A stretch of DNA of 64,000 nt from Macrostomum hystrix (Eukaryota > Animalia > Platyhelminthes), in contig CATNEN010000038.1 in NCBI GenBank assembly GCA_950097015.1, positions 12,648,001-12,712,000 on the forward strand. The letters are read 5' to 3'. This document shows, in pieces, positions 11,576 to 26,400 of the stretch. Every line of letters starts with the position of its first letter. The first letter of the stretch is position 1. The position numbers and the translations under genes are program-made. Under the pieces are notes generated by a model. The model made no database searches. It worked only from the letters and a program-made list of their open reading frames with translations, and was not told the DNA's origin.

Positions 11576-14500
11576 ACACTCCTGGTCCTACAAATTAGTT
11601 GTAGTCATCTTTGTTCTTTCTCTTATCTTCTTTATCTTATAGTTCTTTTGTTGCCCCAACAAAGTTTCATCAATCCTTTAATTTTTGGATAATTTCTATC
11701 ACTAGTGGACATCTGCTACTCAAGCGTTGATGTTTTTACTAAATTATTATCTTACAGATCAATAGAGTTGTTTTTTCTTTTCTCTTAATCGGCCTGCTTC
11801 GAGCCATATCAGAGTTGCGCAATATACTTTCTTATGCAATGACCCTTCAATGACCCTATGACGAACACAACATGCCATTCATTTTTTAGTCATCATTATA
11901 AAGTATTGAGAATGGTTTGAATTTTCCATCCATTATCACTAAATCACTGAAGAAATTCTGTATTCCCAGATGTCCACATTTCCACATGTCTTTCTTTTGA
12001 GTTTTTGTGACATTATTTGGTTGCAGGAGCAAAATTTTAGCTGAGCTTATTGGCTGATGACTAATCCTCCCTATGAATATCTTATACTCCCTTTTCTGAG
12101 CTTTCTTTTGATAGGGATTTCGTTTCGTGACATTGGGGGTTGGGTTGTATAGCATGGCTTGATAGGACGGATAAAGAGAAGGGTAGGGATTTGGACATTG
12201 TCCCTGCTTCCTAGTGCTTGATTGTGTGTCCCCTCAAATCTCACCTCCTTCCCGTCCTATACCCCTGGAATAATCCCATTTAACAATTTTAGATTCAATT
12301 TGCTTTGCGTCTACCCACCTCCGCCGCGCCATAATTATATTTTTCTTCTTTCTGTGAGCTGTGTGACCCGCAGCACGGTGCTTTTAGTAGGCCAGTTCTG
12401 GTTGGTTAAGGCCCGCATGATGCTTTTGCTATGGGGCAATATATCCGACATGTTTTATTGTGAATGGGGCTAAAATTGATGATTTGATTGGCGCATAGCA
12501 AAGAGAGAGAGGTGGGGTGGGGGCGAGGGGTTCGTGAGAGAAGGTTGGTTCGCGTCTGTGTTCTCTGGTGAGTCACGCAGCTTTTTAGTAGGGTTTGTAC
12601 TGGGTGGGGTGGATGCATGGCCAGGCCCCCAACCCATTTCTGTCTTCCCCATTTTATATATATATATAATATTCGCGTGCCCTGCCTCAAAATCCATCCA
12701 TTCGACAATTCATCCCGTTTCGTCAGCTCTCTCAGCCAGCCATCCTCGAAAGACAAAGACTCGTTCCATAGGGCTTTGTTCGTATATTGCCTAGCATCTT
12801 AGTTGTTATAAATATCATGGAGCATATGCACGTAGCGCCTAACGGTATGATCTACTTCGGATACAGAAAGCAGTACTGGTTGGCGCCTTCAATTGCTGTC
12901 AATCTAATGTAAGTCGGCTGATTATTATACCATAAGCATAGCTATGTCTAATTATCTTACTATCCAGATTAATATAATTAGTTATTATTGTAGGCCTGTG
13001 TCCTAACCTAAGTTAATTCTGTGCTATGATATCACTTTGATAAGAACTTAGCTGTGTCAGTATCTAGCTGTGGTGGGTATTTATAAACATGTCTAAATCG
13101 CTTTCTTAAAAGATAGACTCTCGCGAGTAAACTTCTCACAATTCATCTCACATTCGGTCTGCTGTGACCCCAAGGTGCTTTTGTGTGTGTCTGCCTGGTT
13201 CACTCTTACACAGCTCAACCTGCCAATGCCATATTTAGACATGAGCTTGAATGGAATTGTGCCCCATGTGTCTGCTAGCCTATCTATTATTTCCACCTCC
13301 TATCTATCTGGTTGATTGTAAAATACGTTTTTTATAACCTCCCAGCTAATAGTTTTCCTTTCTATAAGGTATTCGCGATGTTCCAAGTCGCTGTTTTATA
13401 ACCCCCCTTAGTGCTTCGTCTAGGAATGGATTTTACATCATATTTATATAGCCAATTTGTTCTCCATTTTCTTAATTTGGTGCAGCCAAACACTGTAGTT
13501 AGGGGCTGTTTTATTTATGATTGAATTGTAAGGCAGAAGTGTCCTGTTTCTGTGCTATAAAACTGTACCTTAGGCACTGTGCCTGCATGATAGGCACGTC
13601 GGCAAATTTTTTTCTCACTCACATTTCTGTCTGCTTTTTCTTTGGCACGACGCTTCTGTAACCCTAGACGACCTAGTCTTGGTTTATTGTGCACAAGTCC
13701 ACTAGTGCTTCATAGTGGGAAAAATAATTTCCCCTAGGCCCTATAAACTTTCTAACAATCTAGATACATTTTAAGCATTTCAACCATGCGACTGAATCTA
13801 ATTTCAACTGGCCACAAGAAACCTTTTTCCTATATTTCATCCTAATGAATAGCTAAATTCTTTATTGTTTATTGTCTTGCATTCAGATCAGGGTGTGACT
13901 GCTTGTCTTCCTCGCCTGTCTGGACGCGAAAAAGCAGACATTTTCTTTCACGTAGGTAAAGTTGCTGTAGGTATAGGTAATTTTAAGATTGTTCACTGCT
14001 GTCCTTATAGCTGTAATGAGTGTGGTCTTTGTTATACTCGATGATAATGATGAGTGACAGGGGTAACACGCAGATTTTTTTTCTCCTTTCATTCGATCTC
14101 CAAAGCCACCCACCCCACTCACACAGCGCCGATAATGAGGAGGGGTATGAGTGCGTGGCTATATCTTAGAAATTCAATGGGAACGTCTTTGTTCCCCAAA
14201 TGCCGCCCTTCGAAGTGCTTATCGAGCCATCTGGACAATAGATTTTAATAAATGGAATATGAGTCATGCTTCTTTGCGCTTTGCCTAGAGACTAGTCAGT
14301 TCTTGGTTTAATTCTACTCCTACTAGGCCTATAAGCAATTCGCACCTTTGCATTGTATATATTTTAACACATTCTATCGTATCCAATGTGAATTGCACCA
14401 ATTCGGCTTATCTGTCTAAATTCAATTTTAAGCAACAATGCCAGTTCAATTCCAATATCAATTATGCGGCGGTGACTAATTGCAACTTACAGAGTTTATC

Positions 14501-14812
14501 AATAGCAACCGACAAATACTTCATTCCAGGTCGAGCCGTCCTCGGCAACGTCCTCAGCACGGTGGCGGCAGCACTGGCAGCAGCAGCAGCAATAGCAGCA
14601 CTGGCAACGTTGTAACTGGAAGTTCACGCCTAATAACCGTGCACCCGTTCTCGCCCCGACATTGCCAGCACCAGCATTACCATCATCATTATCACCAGCA
14701 TCATCAGCAGTATCAGCAGCAGCAGCAGCAACAGCTTCGCAGATCCCTGCATCCGCAACTGCGTGAGCAGCACCAGCAGCAGCAGCTTCGCCAGCAACAT
14801 CACCAGTTAGTC

Positions 14813-17800
14813 ATGAGGCAGCCAGTTCTTCCATTCAACAATAACAATGTCCTGTCGCCATCCGGCGCTGTCTCGGACGCGGCTAGCAATGCCAATAGCG
14901 CCGGTGCCAGCGTGGCCAACGAGCGCCCGGCTCGACTGGACCTGCTGCTGGACCTGCCGCCCTGCCCGCTGGATGTGGCCAGCCGGCACGCCTGGAATCC
15001 TGCCGATCGGTCGCTTAATGTGCTGGTGAAACCAGACGACTGCCTCACCTTGCATAGGTATGCCAAGCCTTTATGATGGCTCTAATAATGTATCTATGGC
15101 CTACGACCATTTCCGTCACTCCTCTGCTTGTGCCATGACCTTTCTGCTTGACCAATTTCATGACCTGTCGGCATGACCCTTTCCATGACATATATTCATG
15201 ACCAATTCCATAACTTATCAGCATGAACTATTCCATGACCAAAAATTAAACCCGCAGGCAGCCTGTGGCGCAGAGCACTGACTGTATCCGGTCTCTGTGC
15301 AGCTACTCGCGCGGCCTCCACGCCTGGGAAATCAGCTGGCCAGTCAAGCAGCGCGGCACGCACGCCGTCATCGGAGTCGCCACCGCCCAGTGCCCGCTGC
15401 ACTGCGTGGGTTATCACAGCTTGCTAGGCAGCAACTCGGAATCCTGGGGCTGGGATCTGGGCAGAGGTCGGCTTCAGCACGACAGCGCCCGACTACCCGC
15501 GGCTCCTTACCCGATGGCCGCGACTGCCGCAGATGCTGAGCCGCTGCAGGTCTGAATGTGGATAATCTTGGATTGGAATTAAAAAATTGTTAGGGATCTA
15601 AGAATGGGATTTAGAAAAAAAACTTAATCTGGGAATGGGATTTTGAAAGGATTGAGGATATTGGATATAAAAGTGTGATTTGGAAATAATTTGGGATCTA
15701 AAATCTAGGATATTTTTTATAACTCAGGCTTTGGTACGAGTATATAGGGCTAGGGTTTTAAAAGAGTTCGTGATCTGGAATCTAAGATCTGGATTTTGAA
15801 TTTGTTTGGGATCTGAAATCAAGTATTAGGGATTTTGAATTTGTTTGGGATCTGAAATCAAGTATTAGGGATTTTGAATTTGTTTGGGATCTGAAATCAA
15901 GTATTAGGGATTTTGAATTTGTTTGGGATCTGAAATCAAGTATTGGGGATTTTGAATTTGTTTGGCATCTGAAATCAAGTATTGGGGATTTTGAATTTGT
16001 TTGGGATCTGAAATCAAGTATTGGGGATTTGAATTTGTTTGGGATCTGAAATCAAGTATTAGGGATTTTGAATTTGTTTGGGATCTGAAATCAAGTATTG
16101 GGGATTTTGAATTTGTTTGGCATCTGAAATCAAGTATTGGGGATTTTGAATTTGTTTGCGATCTGAAATCAAGTATTAGGGATTTTGAATTTGTTTGGCA
16201 TCTGAAATCAAGTATTGGGGATTTTGAATTTGTTTGCGATCTGAAATCAAGTATTGGGGATTTGAATTTGTTTGGCATCTGAAATCAAGTATTGGGGATT
16301 TTGAATTTGTTTGCGATCTGAAATCAAGTATTGGGGATTTGAATTTGTTTGGGATCTAATATCAAGTATTGGGGATTTTGAATTTGTTTGGCATCTGAAA
16401 TCAAGTATTGGGGATTTTGAATTTGTTTGGGATCTGAAATCAAGTATTGGGGATTTGAATTTGTTTGGGATCTGAAATCAAGTATTGGGGATTTTGAATT
16501 TGTTTGGGATCTGAAATCAAGTATTGGGGATTTTTAATTTGTTTGGCATCTGAAATCAAGTATTGGGGATTTTGAATTTGTTTGGCATCTGAAATCAAGT
16601 ATTGGGGATTTTGAATTTGTTTGGCATCTGAAATCAAGTATTGGGGATTTTGAATTTGTTTGGCATCTGAAATCAAGTATTGGGGATTTTGAATTTGTTT
16701 GGCATCTGAAATCAGGTATTGGGGATTTTGAATTTGTTTGGCATCTGAAATCAAGTATTGGGGATTTTGAATTTGTTTGGCATCTGAAATCAGGTATTGG
16801 GGATTTTGAATTTGTTTGGCATCTGAAATCAAGTATTGGGGATTTTGAATTTGTTTGGCATCTGAAATCAGGGTTCAGGAATTGGGATTTTATAATATAT
16901 TTTTTCTAGCATCGGGGATTAGGAACTAAAAGTCTAGAAATGACTGTCTATGTCAATTATTATTTTTGTCTTACATTTGAAGGTGCCAGACACCTTCATA
17001 ATGGTCCTCGATATGGACGAAGGCACTCTGAGCTTTGTGGTTGACGGCCAATTCCTCGGCGTGGCATTCCGTGGCCTGAAGGGTCGCCAACTGTTTCCCT
17101 GCGTTAGCGCCGTCTGGGGCCACTGCGAAATCCGCCTGCGCTACCTGAACGGACTGGATCGTGAGTTTCCGACCCTTTGTTTTGAGCGTTGTCTTCTGCT
17201 ACTGCCCATTCTAATCTTATCTATTTCCTTTTATCTTTTCCCCTGCCTTCTGTGTTCCGTTTGTATTCTTCCTGTCTTATTTATCCTTTGTCATCTCTTT
17301 CATCTGTCATCTCCCTGTCATCTTTCGTCTTATTTTCATCTTCTCCTATTGTCTTAATGTATTTTTCATCTGTCATCTCCCCCTGTCTTTACTCTGTCAC
17401 CTCTCCCTGTCTTTAATCTGTCATCTCCCCCTGTCTTTACTCTGTCACCTCTCCCTGTCTTTACTCTGTCACCTCTCCCTGTCTTTACTCTGTCTCCTCT
17501 CCCAGTCTTTACTCTGTCACCTCTCCCTGTCTTTACTCTGTCACCTCTCCCTGTCTTTATTCTGTCACCTCTCCCTGTCTTTACTCTGTCACCTCTCCCT
17601 GTCTTTACTCTGTCTCCTCTCCCAGTCTTTACTCTGTCACCTCTCCCTGTCTTTACTCTGTCACCTCTCCCTGTCTTTACTCTGTCACCTCTCCCTGTCT
17701 TTACCCTGTCACCTCTCCCTGTCTTTACTCTGTCACCTCTCCCTGTCTTTACTCTGTCATCTTCCAGTCTTCTTCCAATGTTTCCTCGTGCCTTCTTCCT

Positions 17801-18108
17801 GCCTTCTTCCTCTTGTCAGTGCTGCGGCTGTTTTCATTGGTCTGTTGTCAAATAATAAAAGCCATAAGCCTAAGCTTTCTATTCCAACACACCCCACAGC
17901 GGAGCCGCTGCCCCTCATGCTGCTGTGCCGGTCTGTTATCCGCAAGCAGCTACAGTCGGCCGCTTCGACAGCCGCGGCATCGGCCAACAACAACCGCCGG
18001 CCGACACCGGCGACCGGCGACTTAACCGACGCAGTCGAATCTCTGCCGCTGCCGCTAACTGTCAAAGACTTCCTGCTCTATAGGGACAGGGAGATCCTGT
18101 CCGACTGA
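14813..18108 (+). CDS. SPSB: SPRY domain and SOCS box protein (SPSB1/4, gustavus-like), at least 4 exons
   Basis: Exons (14493 or 14813)-15057, 15258-15549, 16983-17160, 17900-18108 join through GT-AG sites to give [55 protein letters not shown] and the SOCS box [19 protein letters not shown]. Start codon uncertain. Confidence 0.93.
15790..16872. repeat. 39-bp minisatellite in SPSB intron
   Basis: GGATTTTGAATTTGTTTGGCATCTGAAATCAAGTATTGG repeated ~27 times. Confidence 0.95.
17365..17760. repeat. 24-bp pyrimidine-rich minisatellite in SPSB last intron
   Basis: CTGTCTTTACTCTGTCACCTCTCC tandem array. Confidence 0.95.
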
Positions 18109-19029
18109 GGACAACCGATGTTCACCTCTGAGCAGTCTATGGTCTTTCCTGTTTGTCCTAGTTAGTTTTTTCCTATTTAAATTAAACCAACAAGCATTGA
18201 TGATACGGGAGACACCCACTGCGAATCTTAAACACGCTTTGTAGCGTTTTTTAGCAATCGGATTCTATTCTATCGTATTAGCATGAACCCATATTTTAAA
18301 TCTATTTAATTTTTTAATTCTCTGTTTTGAGTTGGCAAAATTGCTAGCTGGAGCTTCAAGGAAAGCAAAATAATGCTTCTGCTGCTGTTGTCCCGAGAAT
18401 GCTTTTGATATTCGATAGAACACAATGTCCCTGTCCCTTTTGCCCGTGCTCTCGTCGAATCTGTTGCTTTTGTATTTAATTAATTTAATTCGAAGTAGCC
18501 TGTACAAGTACTGTACACAGAGACTCAATTTAGTACTAGCTATACTATCTGCTAATTGTTGTTGCTGTACATTCTAAATTAATTCTTGCTTACATAACTT
18601 GTACTACCAGTGAAATAATTATTACTGAATAATTTTACTAAGCACAAATCGCCAATGCACCCAGTTTATTCAATTCTTCTCTGCCGAGTAATAATGTTTT
18701 ATAAAAATAATTCTACTTAGCTGCTGCTATTTAATAAGTAGTATATAACGCGTTCTTCAAAATTAAAACTTTAGAAACACAAGTCGACATTTGAAATTGT
18801 CGAAGATTGTTTCTTTAGTATCAAAACGCTGACAATAAATACAAACACTTTCTGCCTTTCACAAGTCGAGTTTAAAAGATGCCGAGAACTCAAACTGATC
18901 TCGCCAAAATGAACTCAAGGACAGTATGCGATTATTATGCTCGAGCATGTGCCAGCATGCCTAAATAATTCATTCTTTTTATTTGCCTTATTTCTTTTAT
19001 GTCTGCATTTTTTCAAGTAAACTTATCCA

Positions 19030-19665
19030 TGACTGTCAGATAGCTGCACATTCCCTGACATCCCATTGTCAGATTGCTGCACACTAACTGACATCCCATT
19101 GTCAGATTGCTGCACATTCCCTGACATCCCATTGTCAGATTGCTGCACACTAACTGACATCCCATTGTCAGATTGCTGCACACTAACTGACATCCCATTG
19201 TCAGACTGCTGCACACCAACTGACATGCCATTGTTAGTCTGCTGCACACTAACTGACATCCCATTGTCAGTCTGCTGCACACTAACTGACATGCCATTGT
19301 CAGTCTGCTGCACACTAACTGACATCCCATTGTCAGACTGCTGCACACTAACTGACATGCCATTGTCAGTCTGCTGCACACTAACTGACATGCCATTGTT
19401 AGTCTGCTGCACACTAACTGACATCCCATTGTCAGACTGCTGCACACTAACTGACATGCCATTGTCAGTCTGCTGCACACTAACTGACATGCCATTGTCA
19501 GTCTGCTGCACACTAACTGACATGCCATTGTTAGTCTGCTGCACACTAACTGACATGCCATTGTCAGTCTGCTGCACACTAACTGACATGCCATTGTCAG
19601 TCTGCTGCACACTAACTGACATGCCATTGTCAGTCTGCTGCACACTAACTGACGTCCCATTGTCC
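19030..19665. repeat. 33-bp intergenic minisatellite with internal inverted repeat
   Basis: CTGACATGCCATTGTCAGTCTGCTGCACACTAA; CTGACA/TGTCAG can form a stem. Confidence 0.95.
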
Positions 19666-19971
19666 TATCGCATACACTTCTGAGGTCGTGGAGAATCAAG
19701 AAGCTTTGTTATACATTATTAGTTGGTGCAAAAAGAAGGAAATTGAAAGGAAAGAAACGACTTGTGCCTAAAGAAAAATTGTATGCTTTATATTTTGGAT
19801 TCAGAATTCAAGTTCTGCTACAAAATGGTGAACAAAAACTGCTTCAAAGTGTTGTTTTCATCAGTAAGAAAACCAAGTGCTTTAATAAAATCACTACTCA
19901 GTAATTGCTATAGAGGTAGTTTTAGAAACTTGTGTTCGTGTTATAATACAAGTGTACATTACATAAAAAAA

Positions 19972-20274
19972 TAATAATTGATTACACCTGCCACAATGGA
20001 CCAGATGTGCAGCCGACAGCACAGCCGCAGCTATTGCGCGGCGCATCTGAAGGCTGCGTACTGTTCAGTCCATGGACTGGGGGGGAAGCCACACCCACCT
20101 TCAATTATGATACTCATTTACCTGCTGATGCTGGTACCCATTTAACAGTTGGGTGAACTGAAACAATGTAGAGTTATGTGTTTTGCTAAAGGAAAAATTC
20201 CAGTGGGGTAGGGAATCGAACCCTCAACTTTTAAGTCGTGAGTCCGACGCTCTAACCACAAGGATACAACCTCT
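19972..20274 (-). mobile_element. Second copy of the tRNA/CORE-like SINE
   Basis: Reverse complement aligns along its whole length with 4238-4544 (e.g. CAGATGTGCAGCCGACAGCACAGCCGCAGCT, GTCGTGAGTCCGACGC). Confidence 0.85.
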
Positions 20275-20408
20275 TTTACATTACATTACATGTACAGTAC
20301 ATTACATGTACATTACATTAGTAGGAGCTCATGTTAATTTTTGAGGTAAAACAACTGTGTAACAGCTATGCCCCTTCAAATCCCACAAGATCCCAGATGC
20401 ACATTCCA

Positions 20409-23400
20409 TCACACCAGCAACCGGTCGATGATTTCTTCAGCGGCGCGTAGTCGGCCTTCGAACATGGCCTCCGCCACGCGCTGATTCGTGGCGCCAACTT
20501 TCAGAGCCGCCAGCGCAGCCAGCAGACGCGGCAGCCGGCTGAATGCGGCGACGCCAGCCTCGCCGCAAACGGTGGAACGGCAGCTGCTGGCGATGGCCAG
20601 GCAGGCGAGAGCCTGATGCCGCAGTGACTGCAGCTTCACCCGCTGCTGGCTGAGCAGGGCTGGCTGCAGCAGAACCAGGCTCTCCATCAAAGCCAGCTCG
20701 CTTGGCGAAGGTGCCAGCTCGAGCACCATGCGGAGGGGTCCGGCCAGTGCGGCGCGGCCGCACAGTTCCAGCAGGACGGCTGACGCTGTCGGATCCGTCA
20801 GCGCCGCGGCGGCGCAGTTCAGGGCCAGCAGCTGGCCCCAGCTGGCTCGCAGAAGGCAGCGACGCTCATCTGGTAGAAGCGACTGGAACAGCTGATTGCT
20901 GCTCAGCAAGCGAGTGACGACCGCCTCCAGGAGCTGATGACCACCGACACGCCTGCTAGACAGCTGATGCAGCAACGACTGTGCCGACGGCTGCGGCGGC
21001 AGCAGGAGCATTGGCGGCGGTGGAAACGGCAGCAACGGCGGCAGCAGCAGCTGGGACTGCGGCGACTGGTTTGACGTCGGCAGCTGCAGCGCCACTGGTT
21101 GTAGAAAATTTATTGGCATTGTCGGCTGCTGCTGAATTGGCGGTGTCAGCTGAGCAGCCCTAAAGCTGTGCGCAGGGTGCCGGCTTGTTGCCGAGGAGGC
21201 TGGCTGCTGCTGCTGCTGCTGCTGCTGCCGTTGCTGGCGCAGCAGATGATGATGGGCGGAGGCCAGCTTTGTAGGATCTCTGGAGCCTTTGTTCTTGCGC
21301 GGTCCACGCTCCTCTTGCACGGCTGCCGGGGGAGATAGAAGAAAGCAGATTTTAAACTGCGCTGTTTGACGTTCCATAACCAATAAATAATACATTTCCA
21401 AAGAAAACTTTTACCGCTGTTATTTTAGAAAGTTCTTGTTTGACGAAGAATTTTCTATTTTAACGAAATAATTTTTGTTTATTCGTAGAAAAGTTTAACT
21501 GCCTTTTAGTGCCTCGTAAATAAAAACTTATATTTTTCCAGCAGGCTCTTTGAAGTGTTTTGCTAAAGCGGACTATTTACTCGATGCATCAGTTCTTTCA
21601 GAGCAGATCGCTAATCAAAACTGATTAGACTGGTCGATGTACTTTTATCTATTATCTGGAGACTGATCCCTTCAGTACGGGAAGTATAAACCACTATTAT
21701 TTTATCATCACAACATTGAATTTGAACTTCAGTCTGGCTCATATAGATTATAAAATACAGCCAAATAAAAATTGTTAAACCGAACGGAACCGACTTCAAA
21801 GCCAACTGTCATGTGGCTTTAAATAATTTAATTTCGAGAAACGAGTTTGAAATTATAATCTAACTTGAAAGCACAAAACCACGCGCTCCAAACTCGAAAG
21901 CATAGTAACTAAATATGCAGACAAATTTTGATCCAATCAATTTAACTTTAAAAGGCAGTCAAATAGTTACAGACTTACTATTGCAGAAATTCGAAATTTG
22001 CCGAAATGGTTAAAGCATGATAGAGGTGTCTGTTAAATATTCCTGCTTGAGATACTCGTACCTGTTAGAGCTGCCTGTTAGAGATGCACGTTTTAGTTGC
22101 CTGTTTGAGATTCCCTGTTATACATGACTGTTAATATAGATGCCTGTTTGAGATGCCTGTTTGAGATGCCTGTTATAGATGCCTGTTATAGATGACTGTT
22201 ATAGATGCCTGTTATAGATGACTGTTATAGATGACTTTTATAGATGACTGTTTGAGATTCCCTGTTATAGATGACTGTTATAGATGCCTGTTATAGATGA
22301 CTGTTATAGATGCCTGTTATAGATGACTTTTATAGATGACTGTTATAGATGCCTGTTTGAGATTCCCTGTTATAGATGCCTGTTATAGATGACTGTTATA
22401 GATGCCTGTTATAGATGACTGTTATAGATGACTTTTATAGATGACTGTTTGAGATTCCCTGTTATAGATGACTGTTATAGATGCCTGTTATAGATGACTG
22501 TTATAGATGCCTGTTATAGATGACTGTTATAGATGACTGTTATAGATGCCTGTTATAGATGCCTGTTATAGATGACTGTTATAGATGACTGTTATAGATG
22601 CCTGTTATAGATGCCTGTTATAGATGACTTTTATAGATGACTGTTATAGATGCCTGTTTGAGATTCCCTGTTATAGATGCCTGTTATAGATGACTGTTAT
22701 AGATGCCTGTTTGAGATTCCCTGTTATAGATGCCTGTTATAGATGCCTGTTATAGATGCCTGTTATAGATGACTGTTATAGATGACTGTTATAGATGACT
22801 GTTATAGATGACTGTTATAGATGACTGTTATAGATGCCTGTTATAGATGACTGTTATAGATGCCTGTTATAGATGCCTGTTTGAGATTCCCTGTTATAGA
22901 TGACTGTTATAGATGCCTGTTTGAGATTCCCTGTTATAGATGACTGTTATAGATGCCTGTTTGAGATTCCCTGTTATAGATGACTGTTATAGATGACTGT
23001 TATAGATGACTGTTATAGATGACTGTTATAGATGCCTGTTATAGATGCCTGTTATAGATGCCTGTTATAGATGACTGTTATAGATGACTTTTATAGATGA
23101 CTGTTATAGATGCCTGTTTGAGATTCCCTGTTATAGATTACTTTTATAGATGACTGTTATAGATGCCTGTTATAGATGCCTGTTTGAGATTCCCTGTTAT
23201 AGATGACTGTTATAGATGACTGTTATAGATGACTGTTATAGATGCCTGTTTGAGATTCCCTGTTATAGATGCCTGTTATAGATGCCTGTTATAGATGACT
23301 GTTATAGATGACTGTTATAGATGCCTGTTTGAGATTCCCTGTTATAGATGACTGTTATAGATGACTGTTATAGATGACTGTTATAGATGACTGTTATAGA

Positions 23401-26400
23401 TGACTGTTATAGATGACTGTTATAGATGACTGTTATAGATGACTGTTATAGATGACTGTTATAGATGACTGTTATAGATGACTGTTATAGATGACTGTTA
23501 TAGATGCCTGTTATAGATGCCTGTTATAGATGCCTGTTATAGATGACTGTTATAGATGACTGTTATAGATGACTGTTATAGATGCCTGTTTGAGATTCCC
23601 TGTTATAGATTACTTTTATAGATGACTGTTATAGATGCCTGTTATAGATGCCTGTTATAGATGACTGTTATAGATGCCTGTTTGAGATTCCCTGTTATAG
23701 ATGACTGTTATAGATGACTGTTATAGATGACTGTTATAGATGCCTGTTTGAGATTCCCTGTTATAGATGCCTGTTATAGATGCCTGTTATAGATGACTGT
23801 TATAGATGACTGTTATAGATGCCTGTTATAGATGCCTGTTATAGATGACTTTTATAGATGACTGTTATAGATGCCTGTTTGAGATTCCCTGTTATAGATG
23901 CCTGTTATAGATGACTGTTATAGATGCCTGTTTGAGATTCCCTGTTATAGATGCCTGTTATAGATGCCTGTTATAGATGCCTGTTATAGATGACTGTTAT
24001 AGATGACTGTTATAGATGACTGTTATAGATGACTGTTATAGATGACTGTTATAGATGCCTGTTATAGATGACTGTTATAGATGCCTGTTATAGATGCCTG
24101 TTTGAGATTCCCTGTTATAGATGACTGTTATAGATGCCTGTTTGAGATTCCCTGTTATAGATGACTGTTATAGATGCCTGTTTGAGATTCCCTGTTATAG
24201 ATGACTGTTATAGATGACTGTTATAGATGACTGTTATAGATGACTGTTATAGATGCCTGTTATAGATGCCTGTTATAGATGCCTGTTATAGATGACTGTT
24301 ATAGATGACTGTTATAGATGACTGTTATAGATGCCTGTTTGAGATTCCCTGTTATAGATTACTTTTATAGATGACTGTTATAGATGCCTGTTATAGATGC
24401 CTGTTATAGATGCCTGTTATAGATGACTGTTATAGATGACTGTTATAGATGACTGTTATAGATGCCTGTTTGAGATTCCCTGTTATAGATTACTTTTATA
24501 GATGACTGTTATAGATGCCTGTTATAGATGCCTGTTATAGATGACTGTTATAGATGCCTGTTTGAGATTCCCTGTTATAGATGACTGTTATAGATGACTG
24601 TTATAGATGACTGTTATAGATGCCTGTTTGAGATTCCCTGTTATAGATTACTTTTATAGATGACTGTTATAGATGCCTGTTATAGATGCCTGTTATAGAT
24701 GACTGTTATAGATGCCTGTTTGAGATTCCCTGTTATAGATGACTGTTATAGATGACTGTTATAGATGACTGTTATAGATGCCTGTTTGAGATTCCCTGTT
24801 ATAGATGCCTGTTATAGATGCCTGTTATAGATGACTGTTATAGATGACTGTTATAGATGCCTGTTATAGATGCCTGTTATAGATGACTTTTATAGATGAC
24901 TGTTATAGATGCCTGTTTGAGATTCCCTGTTATAGATGCCTGTTATAGATGACTGTTATAGATGCCTGTTTGAGATTCCCTGTTATAGATGCCTGTTATA
25001 GATGCCTGTTATAGATGCCTGTTATAGATGACTGTTATAGATTACTGTTATAGATGACTGTTATAGATGACTGTTATAGATGACTGTTATAGATGCCTGT
25101 TATAGATGACTGTTATAGATGCCTGTTATAGATGCCTGTTTGAGATTCCCTGTTATAGATGACTGTTATAGATGCCTGTTTGAGATTCCCTGTTATAGAT
25201 GACTGTTATAGATGCCTGTTTGAGATTCCCTGTTATAGATGACTGTTATAGATGACTGTTATAGATGACTGTTATAGATGACTGTTATAGATGCCTGTTA
25301 TAGATGCCTGTTATAGATGCCTGTTATAGATGACTGTTATAGATGACTGTTATAGATGACTGTTATAGATGCCTGTTTGAGATTCCCTGTTATAGATTAC
25401 TTTTATAGATGACTGTTATAGATGCCTGTTATAGATGCCTGTTATAGATGCCTGTTATAGATGACTGTTATAGATGACTGTTATAGATGACTGTTATAGA
25501 TGCCTGTTTGAGATTCCCTGTTATAGATTACTTTTATAGATGACTGTTATAGATGCCTGTTATAGATGCCTGTTATAGATGACTGTTATAGATGCCTGTT
25601 TGAGATTCCCTGTTATAGATGACTGTTATAGATGACTGTTATAGATGACTGTTATAGATGCCTGTTTGAGATTCCCTGTTATAGATGCCTGTTATAGATG
25701 CCTGTTATAGATGACTGTTATAGATGACTGTTATAGATGCCTGTTTGAGATTCCCTGTTATAGATGACTGTTATAGATGCCTGTTATAGATGACTGTTAT
25801 AGATGCCTGTTATAGATGACTGTTATAGATGACTGTTATAGATGCCTGTTTGAGATTCCCTGTTATAGACGCCTGTTATAGATGCCCTGTTATAGACGCC
25901 TGTTAGAGATGCCTGTTCAAAATGCATGTTAGGTGCCTGTTAAAGATGCCTGTTTGAGATACCTGCTATAGATACGTTAAAGCCTGTTAAAGACTAATTT
26001 TAGAGATAAATGTTTTCTAGAAATCAGGGAAACTAGGGATAACTCCAAATTATATGTTAGAGATAATTATTTTAAAACACCTGCTACGGACACCTGTCAG
26101 CTCGCGCCGCCTCACCATTCTTGTTCATGCTGACGGCGAAGCACTTCTGCAGCCGGCAGTACGGGCACCAGTTGCGCCTGGCCTTGTCAATCAGGCAGGC
26201 GCCTTTTCCTGCTGGAATTGCGTTGTTTCCAGGAAAGGATGTTTCTATGAAAGTGGCCTTCAAAGAGACAATTGTTATACTGTAAATGGCTTGGAAGAGA
26301 CATTTTTACAAAATATAACTGCTCTGTCGCATATAGAGTTAAAAAATATCGAAAGATAGCTATAGAATCGCAGCAAGCTCGTGGAATCGTAGCTGCAGGA

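Noticed and set aside
10988-11692. 234-aa repetitive ORF
   Set aside because: A 30-bp minisatellite read-through with a non-ATG start in the track.
11700-14380. Possible old retroelement or upstream SPSB exon
   Set aside because: No recognisable motifs or convincing exon could be supported by eye.
19013-19699. Cys-rich metallothionein- or adhesive-like repeat ORFs
   Set aside because: A 33-bp minisatellite open in three frames; no gene context.
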